DNA from: an uncultured Verrucomicrobiae bacterium
GTDB taxonomy: Bacteria; Verrucomicrobiota; Verrucomicrobiia; Chthoniobacterales; UBA10450
NCBI GenBank assembly: GCA_963735805.1
Contig: CAVTMK010000002.1
Location: 576,001-640,000 of the forward strand
Length of the DNA stretch: 64,000 bases
Reading direction: 5' to 3'
The stretch's first letter is position 1; the number at the start of each line of letters is the position of its first letter. Position numbers and translations under genes: made by a program. The notes beneath the pieces were generated by a model. It was not told the origin of the DNA. It made no database searches and was given only the letters and a program-made list of their open reading frames with translations. Positions 19,586 through 30,945 of the stretch are shown here, piece by piece.

Positions 19586-21313
19586 ATGAAACGTTTGATT
19601 TTTTCTTCATCACTTATCATTGCTCTTTCGTGCACTGCAGTTCTCCCTTCGAGAGCGCAGCAGGTCAACGTCACCCAGGAACACAATAATCCTTCCCGGG
19701 ACGGCCTGTATATCGACTCCGCGTTTACGGCTGCGAACGCAGCAAATCTGACTCGGGATCTGAATTTCGACGGTACGATCTCGGGCCATGTGTACGCACA
19801 GCCGCTCTACATCGACGGCGGCCCGAACGGCCCGATGGTCATTGCGGTGACCGAATCGAACAATGTGTACGCGCTTCATGCCGATACCGGTGTCCCGATT
19901 TGGTCGCGCACCGACATCGGGACACCGGCGTCGACAGGTGCCTGTCCCGGTAACATCAGCCCTGTCGGTATTACAGGTACGCCTGTTGTCGATCTCGGCT
20001 CGCGGTCACTCTTCTTCGATGCCGTGATCAACGGAAATCCTGTTAAGCACTTTATTTTTTCGCTGAACGTCGATACTGGCGCCACGAATGCTGGCTGGCC
20101 GGTGGATGTGGATGCGACCGCCCAGTTTAACGGCGTGAATTTCGATTCCTTTTGGCAGGAAGAACGAGGCGCGCTGGCTCTTGTGAATGGGATTGTGTAC
20201 GTATCGTACTCCGGGTACGTCGGCGACTGCGGCCCTTACCATGGCTGGGTTGTGGGCGTGGATATTAACAATCCTTCCAACGTGATGGCCTGGGCAACGG
20301 ACGCTCAAGGCGGTGGTATTTGGGGACATGGCGGCGTTGCGAGTGACGGCACAACCATGTTTGTGGTCACCGGAAATACGTTCACAAACCAAGGCGATCC
20401 CTGGAGAGGCGGCGAAGCAATTGTTCGTTTCCAAGACGGACCCGTGTTTGACTCCTTTTGGGCGCCGAACAATTGGCAGTCGCTTGATAGCAGTGACACT
20501 GATCTCGGCGGTTGTAGTGCCACGTTAGTCGACGTACCTGGCGCAATGCCTTCGCAACTGGTGCTAGCGTTGGGCAAAGATCGCAATGCGTATTTACTTG
20601 ATCGCAACAATTTGGGTGGCGTCGGCAATGCGGTAGCTCAGATGAATGTTTCCAGTTCAACGCTCAGAGGTACGTCTTCTGCTGCTTACCAGACTGGTGA
20701 AGGAACACATTTCGCCTTTCATAACGAGGGCGGCGAACTTCGCTCTTATATAATTAACGCGAACACTCCGCCGACCATCGCTCTTGCCTGGAACGTCAAT
20801 GACGGCGGCCGAAGCTCGCCTTGGGTCACTACGACCGACGGCACCAACAACGCGATCGTTTGGGTAGCCGGCATAGAAGACGATGGCCGCTTGCACGGTT
20901 ATGATGGCGATAATGGGGCAGTCATTTTCGCAGGCGGCGGGCCTAACGAACAAATGACCGGCCTACGCCAGTGGAACACCGGAATGGTTGCGCGCGGTCG
21001 GATATACGTCGGTGCCGATAACAAAATATATGCTTTCAAGGTACCGACGGGGTCACCTACACCTACTCCAACACCTACTGGGACACCGATAGTTACGCCT
21101 ACGCCAACATCGACACCTAAACCCACACCTACACCGACCCCCAATCCATCAGTCACTCCGACACCAACGGTGCCACCTACACCTACAACCACTCCCACTC
21201 CGATAGGCAGTGTCACACCAAGTCCAACTGCAACTGCTACTCCAAGAGCAACACCCACGCCCAGGTCGCGTCCCTCGCCGCGCGGGCGCCCGACGCCGCG
21301 ACCTCGACCGTAG
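19586..21313 (+). CDS. Secreted PQQ-like beta-propeller protein with Pro/Thr stalk (paralogue 1)
   Basis: Signal peptide; [32 protein letters not shown] repeats; PT-rich tail ending [11 protein letters not shown]. Confidence 0.8.
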   Translation: MKRLIFSSSLIIALSCTAVLPSRAQQVNVTQEHNNPSRDGLYIDSAFTAANAANLTRDLNFDGTISGHVYAQPLYIDGGPNGPMVIAVTESNNVYALHADTGVPIWSRTDIGTPASTGACPGNISPVGITGTPVVDLGSRSLFFDAVINGNPVKHFIFSLNVDTGATNAGWPVDVDATAQFNGVNFDSFWQEERGALALVNGIVYVSYSGYVGDCGPYHGWVVGVDINNPSNVMAWATDAQGGGIWGHGGVASDGTTMFVVTGNTFTNQGDPWRGGEAIVRFQDGPVFDSFWAPNNWQSLDSSDTDLGGCSATLVDVPGAMPSQLVLALGKDRNAYLLDRNNLGGVGNAVAQMNVSSSTLRGTSSAAYQTGEGTHFAFHNEGGELRSYIINANTPPTIALAWNVNDGGRSSPWVTTTDGTNNAIVWVAGIEDDGRLHGYDGDNGAVIFAGGGPNEQMTGLRQWNTGMVARGRIYVGADNKIYAFKVPTGSPTPTPTPTGTPIVTPTPTSTPKPTPTPTPNPSVTPTPTVPPTPTTTPTPIGSVTPSPTATATPRATPTPRSRPSPRGRPTPRPRP

Positions 21314-21433
21314 ATAGTTAATCCTCCGGTGATGCGTGATTAGGGATCATTTGCGTAGTTACGCAAGTGTAGCCACAACAAACTCCGGCGTTGTCAATCC
21401 ATTGAGGAATCGCCGCGGCGATCGTTCTACCTG

Positions 21434-21493
21434 CAGAGGCAGGCGTGTCGCCTGCGAAGGCGTTCGTATATGCAGCCGGGCAGCTACCACTAC
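21434..21493. repeat. REP-like element
   Basis: GCAGGCGTGTCGCCTGC hairpin followed by GCAGCCGGGCAGCTACCACTAC. Confidence 0.5.
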
Positions 21494-21638
21494 GGTGAAG
21501 GTGGATCTAGTTCTCCCTTGGCTGGCCTTACGCAATTATACGTAGGTACTCGGCCTAGGTGAAGCCGGACGCGAAGTGGCAGCAAGGTCTCTGCACGTAT
21601 ATGCGGTAAAAGTAGTCGTACCCATATCAGACACGCAC

Positions 21639-21793
21639 TGTCGGGAAACTTAACAGCTTAAGGCTTCGTACTTGTTCTAGTGCAAAGTATCTTGGTTTTG
21701 TCGGAATACTTAACACCTTAACATGGTGTTACTTTGTTATAGCACAAATTATCTTGTTTCAGTGCTTGACAACGTGGTAGTGCGCTGTAAACG
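21639..21793 (+). promoter_or_regulatory. Putative promoter with 60-bp imperfect tandem duplication and TTGACA -35
   Basis: TGTCGG(G/A)A.ACTTAACA.CTTAA...TTGTT.TAG..CAAA.TATCTTG units at 21639 and 21699; TTGACA at 21766. Confidence 0.5.
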
Positions 21794-21807
21794 ACAGCCC
21801 GGGCCTT

Positions 21808-23739
21808 ATGGACTCCGGGTGTTCGAAAGCTTTATTGTCTAATTCTTGGGTTGTTGCTGCAGGTTTGTGGAGCGCGATTCTTTCAGCAAACGCGCAGGTC
21901 AACGTTACTCAGTATCACAACGATAGTAAGCGTAGTGGCCTTTATATCGATTCAGCCTTCACCCACGCGGCTGCGGCGAACCTGACACGCGACTTAAACT
22001 TTAACGGCACGATCGTAGGCAACGTGTACGCGCAGCCGCTTTACATCGAGGGTGGCCCAAGCGGTCCAATGGTCATTGTCACGACCGAATCGAATAATGT
22101 GTATGCGCTGAACGCTACGACTGGCACAGTGATTTGGCAGCGCAATGTGGGCGCTCCGGTGCCGGCTCCGGATCTCCAATGTACCGAGGTTGGTTCCATG
22201 GGGATCATTGGCACACCTGTTGTCGATCTTACTTCGCGGGCCGTGTTTTTGGATGCAATGGTCACGCCCGATGGCGGAACGACCATTAAACATTACATCA
22301 TTTCCCTTAACGTGGACACCGGCGCCATCAATACTGGTTGGCCGGTCGACGTGGAGTTAATGGCTCAATACAACGGCATGCACTTCACTGCAGCGATCCA
22401 ACAGCAACGACCGGCGCTAGCCATCATGGGCAACCCCAAAATTCTTTATGTTGGATATGGGAGCATGGGGGATTGCGCCCTTTATCATGGCTGGCTGGTG
22501 GGAGTGCCGATAAATAATCCAGCCAGCGTTACAGCATGGGCCGCAGCCACGGCTGCCGGCGCCAATGGTGGAGCGATATGGGGTGTTGGTGGCATTGCCA
22601 CCGATGGCAATAATCCGTTCGTTACCACCGGTAACACTATCAACACTGGAGGAACCTGGAGCGGCGGCGAAGCAGTGATACGTTTTCAACCCGGCCCGGT
22701 TTTTAGCGGTAATTCCGGCGATTACTGGGTGCCTACGAATTGGCAGAGTCTCGACGCAAATGACCAAGATTTGGGCAGCTCCGGTCCGTTGCTCGTCGAC
22801 GTGCCAGGTGCAACGCCCTCTCATCTCGTCGTTGCGATGGGCAAGGACCAAAATGCGTATCTACTGAATCGCGATAACCTTGGCGGTCTCGCCGCGCCGC
22901 CGCTAGCATCAGCGCAGGAATCCCTTAGCGTCATCATTCAGGCGGCGGCTGCTTACCGCACCAATCAAAGCACGTATGTTGCTTTGCGCGCCGCCAGCGA
23001 CAAACTCCGGGCTTTCCGCATTACTGCAACCAATCCGCCTGCCATCGCCCTCGGATGGGATGCGGTCCGGAACGGATGTGGGTCACCTTTCGTTACCTCG
23101 ACAGACAGCACTAATAACATGATCGTCTGGGTCGTAGGCGCCAGCGGCGACCAGCGATTACACGGTTACGACGGAGATACCGGCGTTGTTATCTATGGCG
23201 GCGGCGGCACGAACGAATTGATGACGGGGACGCATAAGTGGAGCACAACCGGTATTGTTGCCCGCGGACGCATCTACGTTGCCACTGATAACAAAGTCTA
23301 TGCTTTCAAGCTGCCGGACGGGGGCCCCACACCTACTCCAACGCCAACATCCACTCCGACGTCGACTCCAACATCCACACCTACTCCAACGTCAACGTCT
23401 ACTCCGACGTCGACTCCAACATCTACTCCTAAGCCGACACCGACCCCCACAGCCACCCCGATTGGAACGCCGACTGCGACTCCCATAGTCACTTCTACCC
23501 CCACGGCTACTCCGACTTCGACAGCAACGCCAACTGTTACACCTTCAGTGACGCCACCGCCAACTCCAACACCTGGGGTAACGCCAACCCCGACACCTAA
23601 ACCGTCAGTGACTCCTTCAGTGACACCGACTGCCACAGCTACTCCCACAGGGAGTGTCACACCTAGTGCTACTCCCAGGGCAACACCGCGAACGCGCCCA
23701 TCGCCCCGCGGTCGTCCGACACCGCCCCCGCGGCCGTAA
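21808..23739 (+). CDS. Secreted PQQ-like beta-propeller protein with Pro/Thr stalk (paralogue 2)
   Basis: Same motifs as paralogue 1; tail [17 protein letters not shown]. Confidence 0.8.
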   Translation: MDSGCSKALLSNSWVVAAGLWSAILSANAQVNVTQYHNDSKRSGLYIDSAFTHAAAANLTRDLNFNGTIVGNVYAQPLYIEGGPSGPMVIVTTESNNVYALNATTGTVIWQRNVGAPVPAPDLQCTEVGSMGIIGTPVVDLTSRAVFLDAMVTPDGGTTIKHYIISLNVDTGAINTGWPVDVELMAQYNGMHFTAAIQQQRPALAIMGNPKILYVGYGSMGDCALYHGWLVGVPINNPASVTAWAAATAAGANGGAIWGVGGIATDGNNPFVTTGNTINTGGTWSGGEAVIRFQPGPVFSGNSGDYWVPTNWQSLDANDQDLGSSGPLLVDVPGATPSHLVVAMGKDQNAYLLNRDNLGGLAAPPLASAQESLSVIIQAAAAYRTNQSTYVALRAASDKLRAFRITATNPPAIALGWDAVRNGCGSPFVTSTDSTNNMIVWVVGASGDQRLHGYDGDTGVVIYGGGGTNELMTGTHKWSTTGIVARGRIYVATDNKVYAFKLPDGGPTPTPTPTSTPTSTPTSTPTPTSTSTPTSTPTSTPKPTPTPTATPIGTPTATPIVTSTPTATPTSTATPTVTPSVTPPPTPTPGVTPTPTPKPSVTPSVTPTATATPTGSVTPSATPRATPRTRPSPRGRPTPPPRP

Positions 23740-24103
23740 GTGATGCGTAATCCCCCCGTGGACGGGCGGTACGCGGTGAGGAGTCGCAGAGCCGACTCGT
23801 TCCGCCTTGGGTGGTTCGGCTTCCCCCGGTTGGGCGTAGCTTTACGCCACGTTGACTAAAGACGATCGCGCCCGCCGCATGCGGCAAGGCATCAGTAGGT
23901 ACTCGACCTGAGTGATGGCGGTCGCGAAGGCACAGCAAAAGCTGTGCGGGCATACGCTTCAAAGCGAATCATACCATTAAGACAAGAACTGTCGGAAAAC
24001 CTAACACAGTATTAGTTTTTTACCGCCAGACAATGCTTGACAAGCAGGCAGCGCATTGTGGTAGAAGGGAGCAAGGGAACGCGGAATTACCGACCACTGA
24101 CGT

Positions 24104-25963
24104 TTGAAGGCTTTATTGTCCAATTCATGGGTTGTTGCTGCAGGTTTGTGGAGCGCAATTGTTCCAGCAAACGCGCAGGTCAACGTCGCTCAGTATCACA
24201 ACGATAGTAAGCGCAGTGGCCTTTATATCGATTCGGCCTTCACGCAATCGGCCGCGGCAGATCTGACGCGCGACATGAATTTTGACGGTACAATCGAAGG
24301 CAACGTTTACGCGCAGCCACTTTACATTGAGGGCGGTCCAAACGGCCCAATGATTATTGCGGTGACCGAATCGAACAATGTGTACGCGCTGGACGCTGTC
24401 GATGGCAGCGTTATCTGGCAGCGTAATGTGGGTCCTCCGGTACCCCAGGCTGGCCTTGACTGCCAAGCAAAATTTGATCCCGCGGGCATCACCGGCACAC
24501 CTGTTATCGATCTTGCCTCGCGGGCGCTCTTTTTGGACACAATGACCACGCCCGATGGTGGGCAGACTGTCAAACATTACATCTTATCCCTCGATGTGGA
24601 CACGGGCGCCATCAATGCTGGCTGGCCCGTGGACGTGGGGGAGACAGCTACGTACAACGGTCTAACCTTCACCGCGGAGGTCCAACAGCAACGACCTGCG
24701 CTTAGCATCGTGAACGGCATTCTTTATGTCGGGTATGGAAGCATGCACGATTGCGGCACGTATCATGGCTGGCTGGTGGGGGTACCGATAGATAATCCAG
24801 ATCCATCCAGCGCAGTAACAGCGTGGGCTGCGGCTACCGCTGCCGGCGCCCACGGCGGTGCGATATGGGGAGTTGGCGGCATCGCCAGCGATGGCGCCAA
24901 TCCGTTCGTTACCACCGGCAACACTTGGACAGGTGGCAATTGGGACGGCGGCGAAGCGGTGATTCGTTTTCAGTCCGGTCCAATCTTTAGCGGTAATACC
25001 AGCGATTATTGGGTGCCCACAAATTGGCATGACCTGGACAACGGCGATCAAGATCTGGGTGGCTCCGGTCCATTACTCGTGGATGTGCCGGGGGCAACGC
25101 CATCCCATCTGGTGGTTGCAATGGGCAAAGATGGCAATGCCTATCTACTTGATCGCAGTAACCTCGGCGGCATCCATGCGCCGGTAGGGTCCTCCCATAT
25201 TACCGATCAAGGGTTCACCCAGGCGGGCGCCGCCTACCGAACTAACCAAGGCACGTATGTTGCCTGTCGCGCCAGCAAAATTCAGCTCTCGAGTCTCCGC
25301 ATTACTGCAACGAGTCCGCCAACTATTTCTAGCGGCTGGAGTATGGGGCAGAACGGCTGCGGATCGCCTTTTGTCACGTCGACGGATGGCACCAATAACA
25401 TGATTGTCTGGTCGGTAGGAACGGCGACTAACGGCTTTCCGGGCGACCAGCGATTACACGGTTACAATGGCGATACAGGGGCTGTTGTCTACGCTGGTGG
25501 CGGCGCGAACGAATTGATGGCGGGGACGCATTCCTACAGTACAACCGGCATTGTGGCCCGCGGGCGCATCTACGTTACCGGGGACAACAAGGTATATGCT
25601 TTTACGGTGCCGGGAGGAGCATCTACGCCTACACCTACGCCAACGTCTACTCCTTCGCCGAGTCCAACCTCAACATCTACGCCGACGTCGACACCAACAC
25701 CGATCCCGACACAAACGCCAACTGCGACACCTACGGCCACCTCCACACCAAGGGCTACGCCGACTCCGAGAGGAACCCCGACTGCCACGCCTTCAGCTAC
25801 ACCGCCGCCAACTCCAACACCCGGCGTAACACCCACACCAACAGGAACTCCTTCGGTGACGCCAACGGCCACAGTTAGTCCCACGCCCAGCGCTACTCCC
25901 AGGGGTACACCGCGATCGCGTCCAACGCCGCGGCAGCGTCCGACACCGCCACAGAAGCCCTAA
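24104..25963 (+). CDS. Secreted PQQ-like beta-propeller protein with Pro/Thr stalk (paralogue 3)
   Basis: TTG start after an in-frame stop; same motifs; tail [17 protein letters not shown]. Confidence 0.8.
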   Translation: MKALLSNSWVVAAGLWSAIVPANAQVNVAQYHNDSKRSGLYIDSAFTQSAAADLTRDMNFDGTIEGNVYAQPLYIEGGPNGPMIIAVTESNNVYALDAVDGSVIWQRNVGPPVPQAGLDCQAKFDPAGITGTPVIDLASRALFLDTMTTPDGGQTVKHYILSLDVDTGAINAGWPVDVGETATYNGLTFTAEVQQQRPALSIVNGILYVGYGSMHDCGTYHGWLVGVPIDNPDPSSAVTAWAAATAAGAHGGAIWGVGGIASDGANPFVTTGNTWTGGNWDGGEAVIRFQSGPIFSGNTSDYWVPTNWHDLDNGDQDLGGSGPLLVDVPGATPSHLVVAMGKDGNAYLLDRSNLGGIHAPVGSSHITDQGFTQAGAAYRTNQGTYVACRASKIQLSSLRITATSPPTISSGWSMGQNGCGSPFVTSTDGTNNMIVWSVGTATNGFPGDQRLHGYNGDTGAVVYAGGGANELMAGTHSYSTTGIVARGRIYVTGDNKVYAFTVPGGASTPTPTPTSTPSPSPTSTSTPTSTPTPIPTQTPTATPTATSTPRATPTPRGTPTATPSATPPPTPTPGVTPTPTGTPSVTPTATVSPTPSATPRGTPRSRPTPRQRPTPPQKP

Positions 25964-26331
25964 AGTGATGGGTGATCCCCCGTGGAAGGGTGTACCGCCG
26001 TGAGGATGACGCGTATATTCGCGAGGAGGCGTGGGTTCGGATCTGCCGTTGAGAGTGCAACCTCTGCAGCAATCGGGCGGTAAGTACCGACAAATTCAAT
26101 TACATTCTCGCGATGTGGAGGCGCGGGTCTTCACGCGCATGGGTGGATGTTTAGATCTGCGACAACAGCCGGCTGTGTGCACCCATGCGGCCGAATAAAG
26201 GGCACTAATGCGAAATGCGTTCACCGCAGAATAGCCCCGTTACTAGTTCTTTTGTCGGAACACTTGACAAGCAAACCGCGCATTGTGGTAGAAAGGGAGC
26301 AAGGGAGCGCGGAATTATCGATCACAGGCTT

Positions 26332-28695
26332 TTGAAAGTTTTATTGTTCGTTTCCTGGCTTGTTGCTGCGGGTTTTTGGAGCGCAATTGTTCCAGCAAAC
26401 GCCATGCCCGCATCCGCTATGCGAAGCGTTGCAGGCGGGGCGCAAGTCAACGTCACCCAGTATCACAATGATAGTGAGCGCAGTGGCCTTTATATCGATT
26501 CGGCCTTCACGCAATCGGCCGCGGCAGATCTGACGCGCGACATGAATTTTGACGGTACAATCGAAGGCAACGTTTATGCGCAGCCACTTTACATTGAGGG
26601 CGGTCCAAACGGCCCAATGATTATTGCGGTGACCGAATCGAATAATGTGTATGCGCTGAATGCCACGACGGGCTCGGTGATTTGGCAAGTAAATGTAGGC
26701 GATCCAGTGCCGGAAAGCGATATCAGCTGTACGGAGGTGGGTTCCATGGGGATTATCGGCACGCCTGTTGTCGATCTTGCTTCGCGGGCGCTGTTTTTGG
26801 ACGCAATGGTCACGCCCGATGGCGGAACAACCATAAAACATTACGTCATTTCACTTAACGTGGACACAGGAGCCATGAATCCAGGCTGGCCCGTAGACGT
26901 GGAGGCGATGGCCACATACAACGGGCTTCAATTCACTGCAGCGATCCAACAGCAACGACCTGCCCTCGCCATCGTGGGCAACATTCTTTATGTCGGGTAT
27001 GGGAGTATGCGGGATTGCGATCTTTATCATGGCTGGCTGGTGGGAGTGCCTATAAATAATCCAGCCAGCGTAACGGCATGGGCGGGTGCCACCGCTCCTG
27101 ACACGCACGGCGCAGCGATATGGGGCCCGGGTGGCATTGCCAGCGATGGCACCAATCCGTTTCCTTTTGTTACTACCGGTAACACTATCAACAGTGGCGG
27201 AACCTGGGGCGGCGGCGAAGCAGTCATTCGCTTCCAACCGGGCCCAATCTTTAGCGAAGATCCCAGCGATTACTGGTCGCCTACCAACTGGTTCGAGCTT
27301 GACGGTCATAACTGGGATCTTGGAAGCTCGGGCCCGTTACTGGTAGATGTGCCGGGCGCAACTCCATCTAGTCTGGTAGTTGCGATGGGCAAAGATGACA
27401 CTGCGTATCTGCTGGATCGCAGTAACCTCGGCGGTATCGCCGATCCGGTAGCATCATTACAGGTCACCGATTGCTGTAACCTTCTCCATCAGGCAGCGGC
27501 GACTTATCGGACGAACCAAAACACGTACGTTGCTTTTCGTCCCCATGGCGCCAGACTCTCGACTTTTCTCATTACTGCGACCAGTCCACCTGCGATCGTT
27601 CTCGGATGGAGTGTGGTCCGGGGCAATGGGGGTTGCGGGTCACCCTTTGTCACCTCGACGGACGGGACTAATAACATGATTGTCTGGACCGTAGGCACCA
27701 GCGGCGATCAGCAATTACACGGTTACGACGGCGATACTGGTAATGTTGTTTATGCCGGTGGCGGCGTGAACGAAACAATGGCGGGCACGCACTCTTACAG
27801 CACTATCGGCATCGTAGCCCGCGGGCGGATCTATGTCGCTACTGATAACAAAGTCTATGCTTTCAAGCTGCCGGGAGGAACGCCAACACCTACTCCGACT
27901 CCTACCCCAACCGCAACAGCAACGGCGACGCCTACACCAACAGCAACGCCTAGCGCGACACCGACAGCGACGCCAACCCCTACACCAACGCCGACGGTTA
28001 CGCCTAGCGCAACGCCGACAGCGACACCAACCCCTACAACAACATCAACGCCGACAGCCACTCCTACGGTAACGCCGAGCGCGACACCGACAGCAACACC
28101 TAGCGTGACTCCAATTCCAACGGCTACTCCGACACCAATAGTTACGCCTGTGCCTACAGCTACGCCATTGCCGACGAGTAGTCCTACGGCAAGTCCAACG
28201 CCAACGTCTACCCCAAGAGCAACGCCGAGATCGCGTCCGACACCGCGCGGGCGACCGACACCCGCGCCCCGGCCCGGTGAGCCAATCAGGATCGTGGACA
28301 AAAACGGGCAGGAGGTTCAAGGAGACGGGGCACGGCCAATTCCAACGCCTCGCCCGCGCCCAACCCCGCGGGGCCGTCCTGAGGTACCACCGCATGGGAC
28401 TTTCGATGTCACGGTGGGGCAGGGCTTCGTGTTTGCGCCGGACACACTCAACATTCATGTGGGCGACACAGTTCGGTGGACCTGGGCCAGTAGCGGCCAT
28501 AGTGTTAGCAGCGGCGATCCCTGCACGATCGATGGACAATTTTGTTCGCCTGATAACGTCAATTGCCAGGCTGGAACGCTTTCCAATGCAGGCTCCGTTT
28601 ACGAACGCACTTTTTCTCAGTCTGGCACTTTTTCTTACTTCTGTGCTGCGCACTGCTCGATTGGGATGACCGGCGTGATCAATGTTGCGCCCTAG
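26332..28695 (+). CDS. Secreted PQQ-like beta-propeller + Pro/Thr stalk + C-terminal cupredoxin (paralogue 4)
   Basis: Propeller motifs; C-terminal [20 protein letters not shown]...[17 protein letters not shown] type-1 copper site; TTG start chosen by alignment to paralogue 3. Confidence 0.8.
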   Translation: MKVLLFVSWLVAAGFWSAIVPANAMPASAMRSVAGGAQVNVTQYHNDSERSGLYIDSAFTQSAAADLTRDMNFDGTIEGNVYAQPLYIEGGPNGPMIIAVTESNNVYALNATTGSVIWQVNVGDPVPESDISCTEVGSMGIIGTPVVDLASRALFLDAMVTPDGGTTIKHYVISLNVDTGAMNPGWPVDVEAMATYNGLQFTAAIQQQRPALAIVGNILYVGYGSMRDCDLYHGWLVGVPINNPASVTAWAGATAPDTHGAAIWGPGGIASDGTNPFPFVTTGNTINSGGTWGGGEAVIRFQPGPIFSEDPSDYWSPTNWFELDGHNWDLGSSGPLLVDVPGATPSSLVVAMGKDDTAYLLDRSNLGGIADPVASLQVTDCCNLLHQAAATYRTNQNTYVAFRPHGARLSTFLITATSPPAIVLGWSVVRGNGGCGSPFVTSTDGTNNMIVWTVGTSGDQQLHGYDGDTGNVVYAGGGVNETMAGTHSYSTIGIVARGRIYVATDNKVYAFKLPGGTPTPTPTPTPTATATATPTPTATPSATPTATPTPTPTPTVTPSATPTATPTPTTTSTPTATPTVTPSATPTATPSVTPIPTATPTPIVTPVPTATPLPTSSPTASPTPTSTPRATPRSRPTPRGRPTPAPRPGEPIRIVDKNGQEVQGDGARPIPTPRPRPTPRGRPEVPPHGTFDVTVGQGFVFAPDTLNIHVGDTVRWTWASSGHSVSSGDPCTIDGQFCSPDNVNCQAGTLSNAGSVYERTFSQSGTFSYFCAAHCSIGMTGVINVAP

Positions 28696-28837
28696 GTAGG
28701 AGCTTATTCATCGGCTACGGGATTCGCTCATGGCGCGACCAGCAGGCCGAGGGGAATGAAAAATGAACGCCCTTCGATTTGCGGTTGAGCCAAAAGGAAA
28801 ACAAAGCCGGGCGCGATCACACCCCAGATCGCCGCGG

Positions 28838-29965
28838 TCAGCGGCGCGCGGCTACGGCAGTTTCGCCTGCGGGCAAGACTTTCGGATTAACGCGATAGGT
28901 CCAATCAGGCGCATGGTTACCTAACGAAGTTAGCTCGTGTAACACAGCGTCTACACGTGCCCGATTTGGTGACAACTCGCAGACCGGGTCTGTGTTCGCT
29001 GCGTTCCCTGTCAGCAATGCGGCCTGACAACGGCAGCCACCAAAATCTATCTCTCTTTGCGGACAACTCTGACATGGCTCGGGCATCCATTCCGTTCCAC
29101 GGAACCGATTGAAACTTTCCGAGTCACGCCAGATCCAATCGAGCGCATGTTCCCTTACATTTTCAAAACGCAAATCCGGAATGGCCGACGAAGCGGTGGG
29201 GCAGGGGAGCACGTCACCGACCGGATTAACGGTGAGATAACGCTGGCCCCAGCCGTTCAGGCACGGTTTGGGCCGTGTTTCGTAATAATCCGGGAGCACA
29301 TAAAAGATGTCGATTTTGCCGGCAAGCCGCGCCTTGGCTGCTACCGCGATTTCGCGGGCGCGAACAGCTTGTTCGCGAGTTGGGAGCAAAGTCGCGCGAT
29401 TAAGAAAAGCCCACCCGTAAAACTGAACGTTGGCCAGCTCAACCCTCTCCGCCTGTAGCAACTCAGCTAGCGCAATCATTTGCGGCAGGCGATCGATGTT
29501 GCGCCGGTGAATGACAAAATTGAGACTCAGCGGAATTCCGGCCGCGCGGATTTTCGCAGCAGCTTCCAGCTTGTGCTGGTGTGCGCGGGCGCCGGCGATT
29601 TCGTCGGCAAGATCGGTGTCGTCCGATTGAAAGCTTAACTGAACTGAGTCCAAGCCCGCATCGCGCAACTCACGCACCCGATCGTCATCCAAGCCGATGC
29701 CACTGGTGATGAGATTGGTGTAAAGATTTGCCTCGCGCGCTGCGCGAATCAAATCGGAGAGATCACGCCTGGCGAGTGGTTCGCCTCCGGAAAAACCAAT
29801 TTGCAATACACCCAGGGCGGCTGACTCACGAATTACGCGGATCCATTCGTTTGTGGTCAATTCCTGATCATTTCGCGCCTGGGTCGGGTTCGAACAGTAC
29901 GGACAATGCAGCGGACACCGATAAGTAATCTCGGCCAACAATGCGTACGGACGAGGTGCGATCAT
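28838..29965 (-). CDS. pqqE: PqqA peptide cyclase, radical SAM/SPASM
   Basis: LLAEITYRCPLHCPYCSNP, ELANVQFYGWA, PDYY, CxxC..GGCRCQA. Confidence 0.95.
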   Translation of the reverse strand: MIAPRPYALLAEITYRCPLHCPYCSNPTQARNDQELTTNEWIRVIRESAALGVLQIGFSGGEPLARRDLSDLIRAAREANLYTNLITSGIGLDDDRVRELRDAGLDSVQLSFQSDDTDLADEIAGARAHQHKLEAAAKIRAAGIPLSLNFVIHRRNIDRLPQMIALAELLQAERVELANVQFYGWAFLNRATLLPTREQAVRAREIAVAAKARLAGKIDIFYVLPDYYETRPKPCLNGWGQRYLTVNPVGDVLPCPTASSAIPDLRFENVREHALDWIWRDSESFNRFRGTEWMPEPCQSCPQREIDFGGCRCQAALLTGNAANTDPVCELSPNRARVDAVLHELTSLGNHAPDWTYRVNPKVLPAGETAVAARR

Positions 29966-30246
29966 GTGAATTCGATCAGCTTGCGTTGTCGCAAGTCCGC
30001 AAGAGTTTCGCGCACGTCGGCGGCAAGCGTTTCAGGATCGACATCGTATTCTTTGGCTAACGCACGGATGACCTCGCTTACCGTTGCTCCATCGCAGCGC
30101 GCAAGGATTTCCTGAGCTGTTTCGTTTAGTTCGAGGACGCCTTCAGGGAACAGTAACACGCTTTTCCCCGTAGTGGCATCAGTTTGCAACCGGACTCCCC
30201 GGGTGAGTCTTGGCTGAGCAGAGCCGTCAATGGTGGGAATTTGCAT
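29962..30246 (-). CDS. pqqD: PQQ biosynthesis peptide chaperone
   Basis: VLLFPEGVLELNETAQEILARCDG; operon position. Confidence 0.92.
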   Translation of the reverse strand: MQIPTIDGSAQPRLTRGVRLQTDATTGKSVLLFPEGVLELNETAQEILARCDGATVSEVIRALAKEYDVDPETLAADVRETLADLRQRKLIEFT

Positions 30247-30945
30247 TTAGGACAAACCGTACGCGTGATGAATCGCGTCCAGCATGGACCAGAGCACATC
30301 GCACTTAAACTCAAGGGCGCGCACCGCGCCGCGCTGCAGCTCCGGCGTATCGCAATAATCCAACGTGATCACAAGCGCCTCATCGGAGTCGCGTCGTGCC
30401 TGGGTTACCCGGCGACGGAAGTAATCAAGGCCGCGCGATTCGATCCAGGAATAATGCTTTTCGAAAGCCGCAAGACGCGCCGCCATCAGATCGGGTGCGA
30501 AGAGTTCCGTGAGCGACGATGCAACGCCGATCGGCCAAGGCTGAGTACGTGCGAGGTTCACATAACCATCAACGGCGAAACGAACGCCGGGTTGCAGTAG
30601 TCGCTCCTGCGTCAACTCGTCGGGCGATAAGCCGCATGCCTGACCCAGGCGCAACCATGCCTCAATGCCACCTTCATTTTCGCGTGTGCCATCATGATCA
30701 AGAATCCGATGAATCCAGACCCGGCGCACTTCGCGCACCGGACAGTTTGAAAGAATCGCGGCGTCCTTGAGCGGAATGTTTCGCTGGTAATAGAAGCGAT
30801 TTGCGGCCCAGCCACGCAACGCCTCCTGAGAAAGCCGGCCTTCATTCATGGCGATGTGGAATGGATGTTTATCGTGGTACGCTCGCGCGCCGATTGCGCG
30901 AAGATTTTGGAGGAAAGTCTCGCGGTCCCAAAGTTCGGTAGTCAT
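30247..30945 (-). CDS. pqqC: Pyrroloquinoline-quinone synthase
   Basis: YHDKHPFH, NRFYYQ..IP.KDAAI, RILDHDG, SLTELFAP, FKCDVLWSMLD. Confidence 0.95.
   Translation of the reverse strand: MTTELWDRETFLQNLRAIGARAYHDKHPFHIAMNEGRLSQEALRGWAANRFYYQRNIPLKDAAILSNCPVREVRRVWIHRILDHDGTRENEGGIEAWLRLGQACGLSPDELTQERLLQPGVRFAVDGYVNLARTQPWPIGVASSLTELFAPDLMAARLAAFEKHYSWIESRGLDYFRRRVTQARRDSDEALVITLDYCDTPELQRGAVRALEFKCDVLWSMLDAIHHAYGLS

Noticed and set aside
26215..26331. ATG at 26215 as the start of paralogue 4 (and TTG 19529 for paralogue 1)
   Set aside because: These extensions run through the conserved TTGACA promoter-like region and bury the signal peptide; the aligned region in paralogue 3 has an in-frame stop.
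21050..28260. Pro/Thr repeat DNA as CRISPR or VNTR arrays; antisense Val/Gly-rich ORFs (20899, 23298, 25570, 27855)
   Set aside because: Codons are synonymous-diverse with no fixed repeat-spacer period; the antisense ORFs are shadows of the PT stalks.
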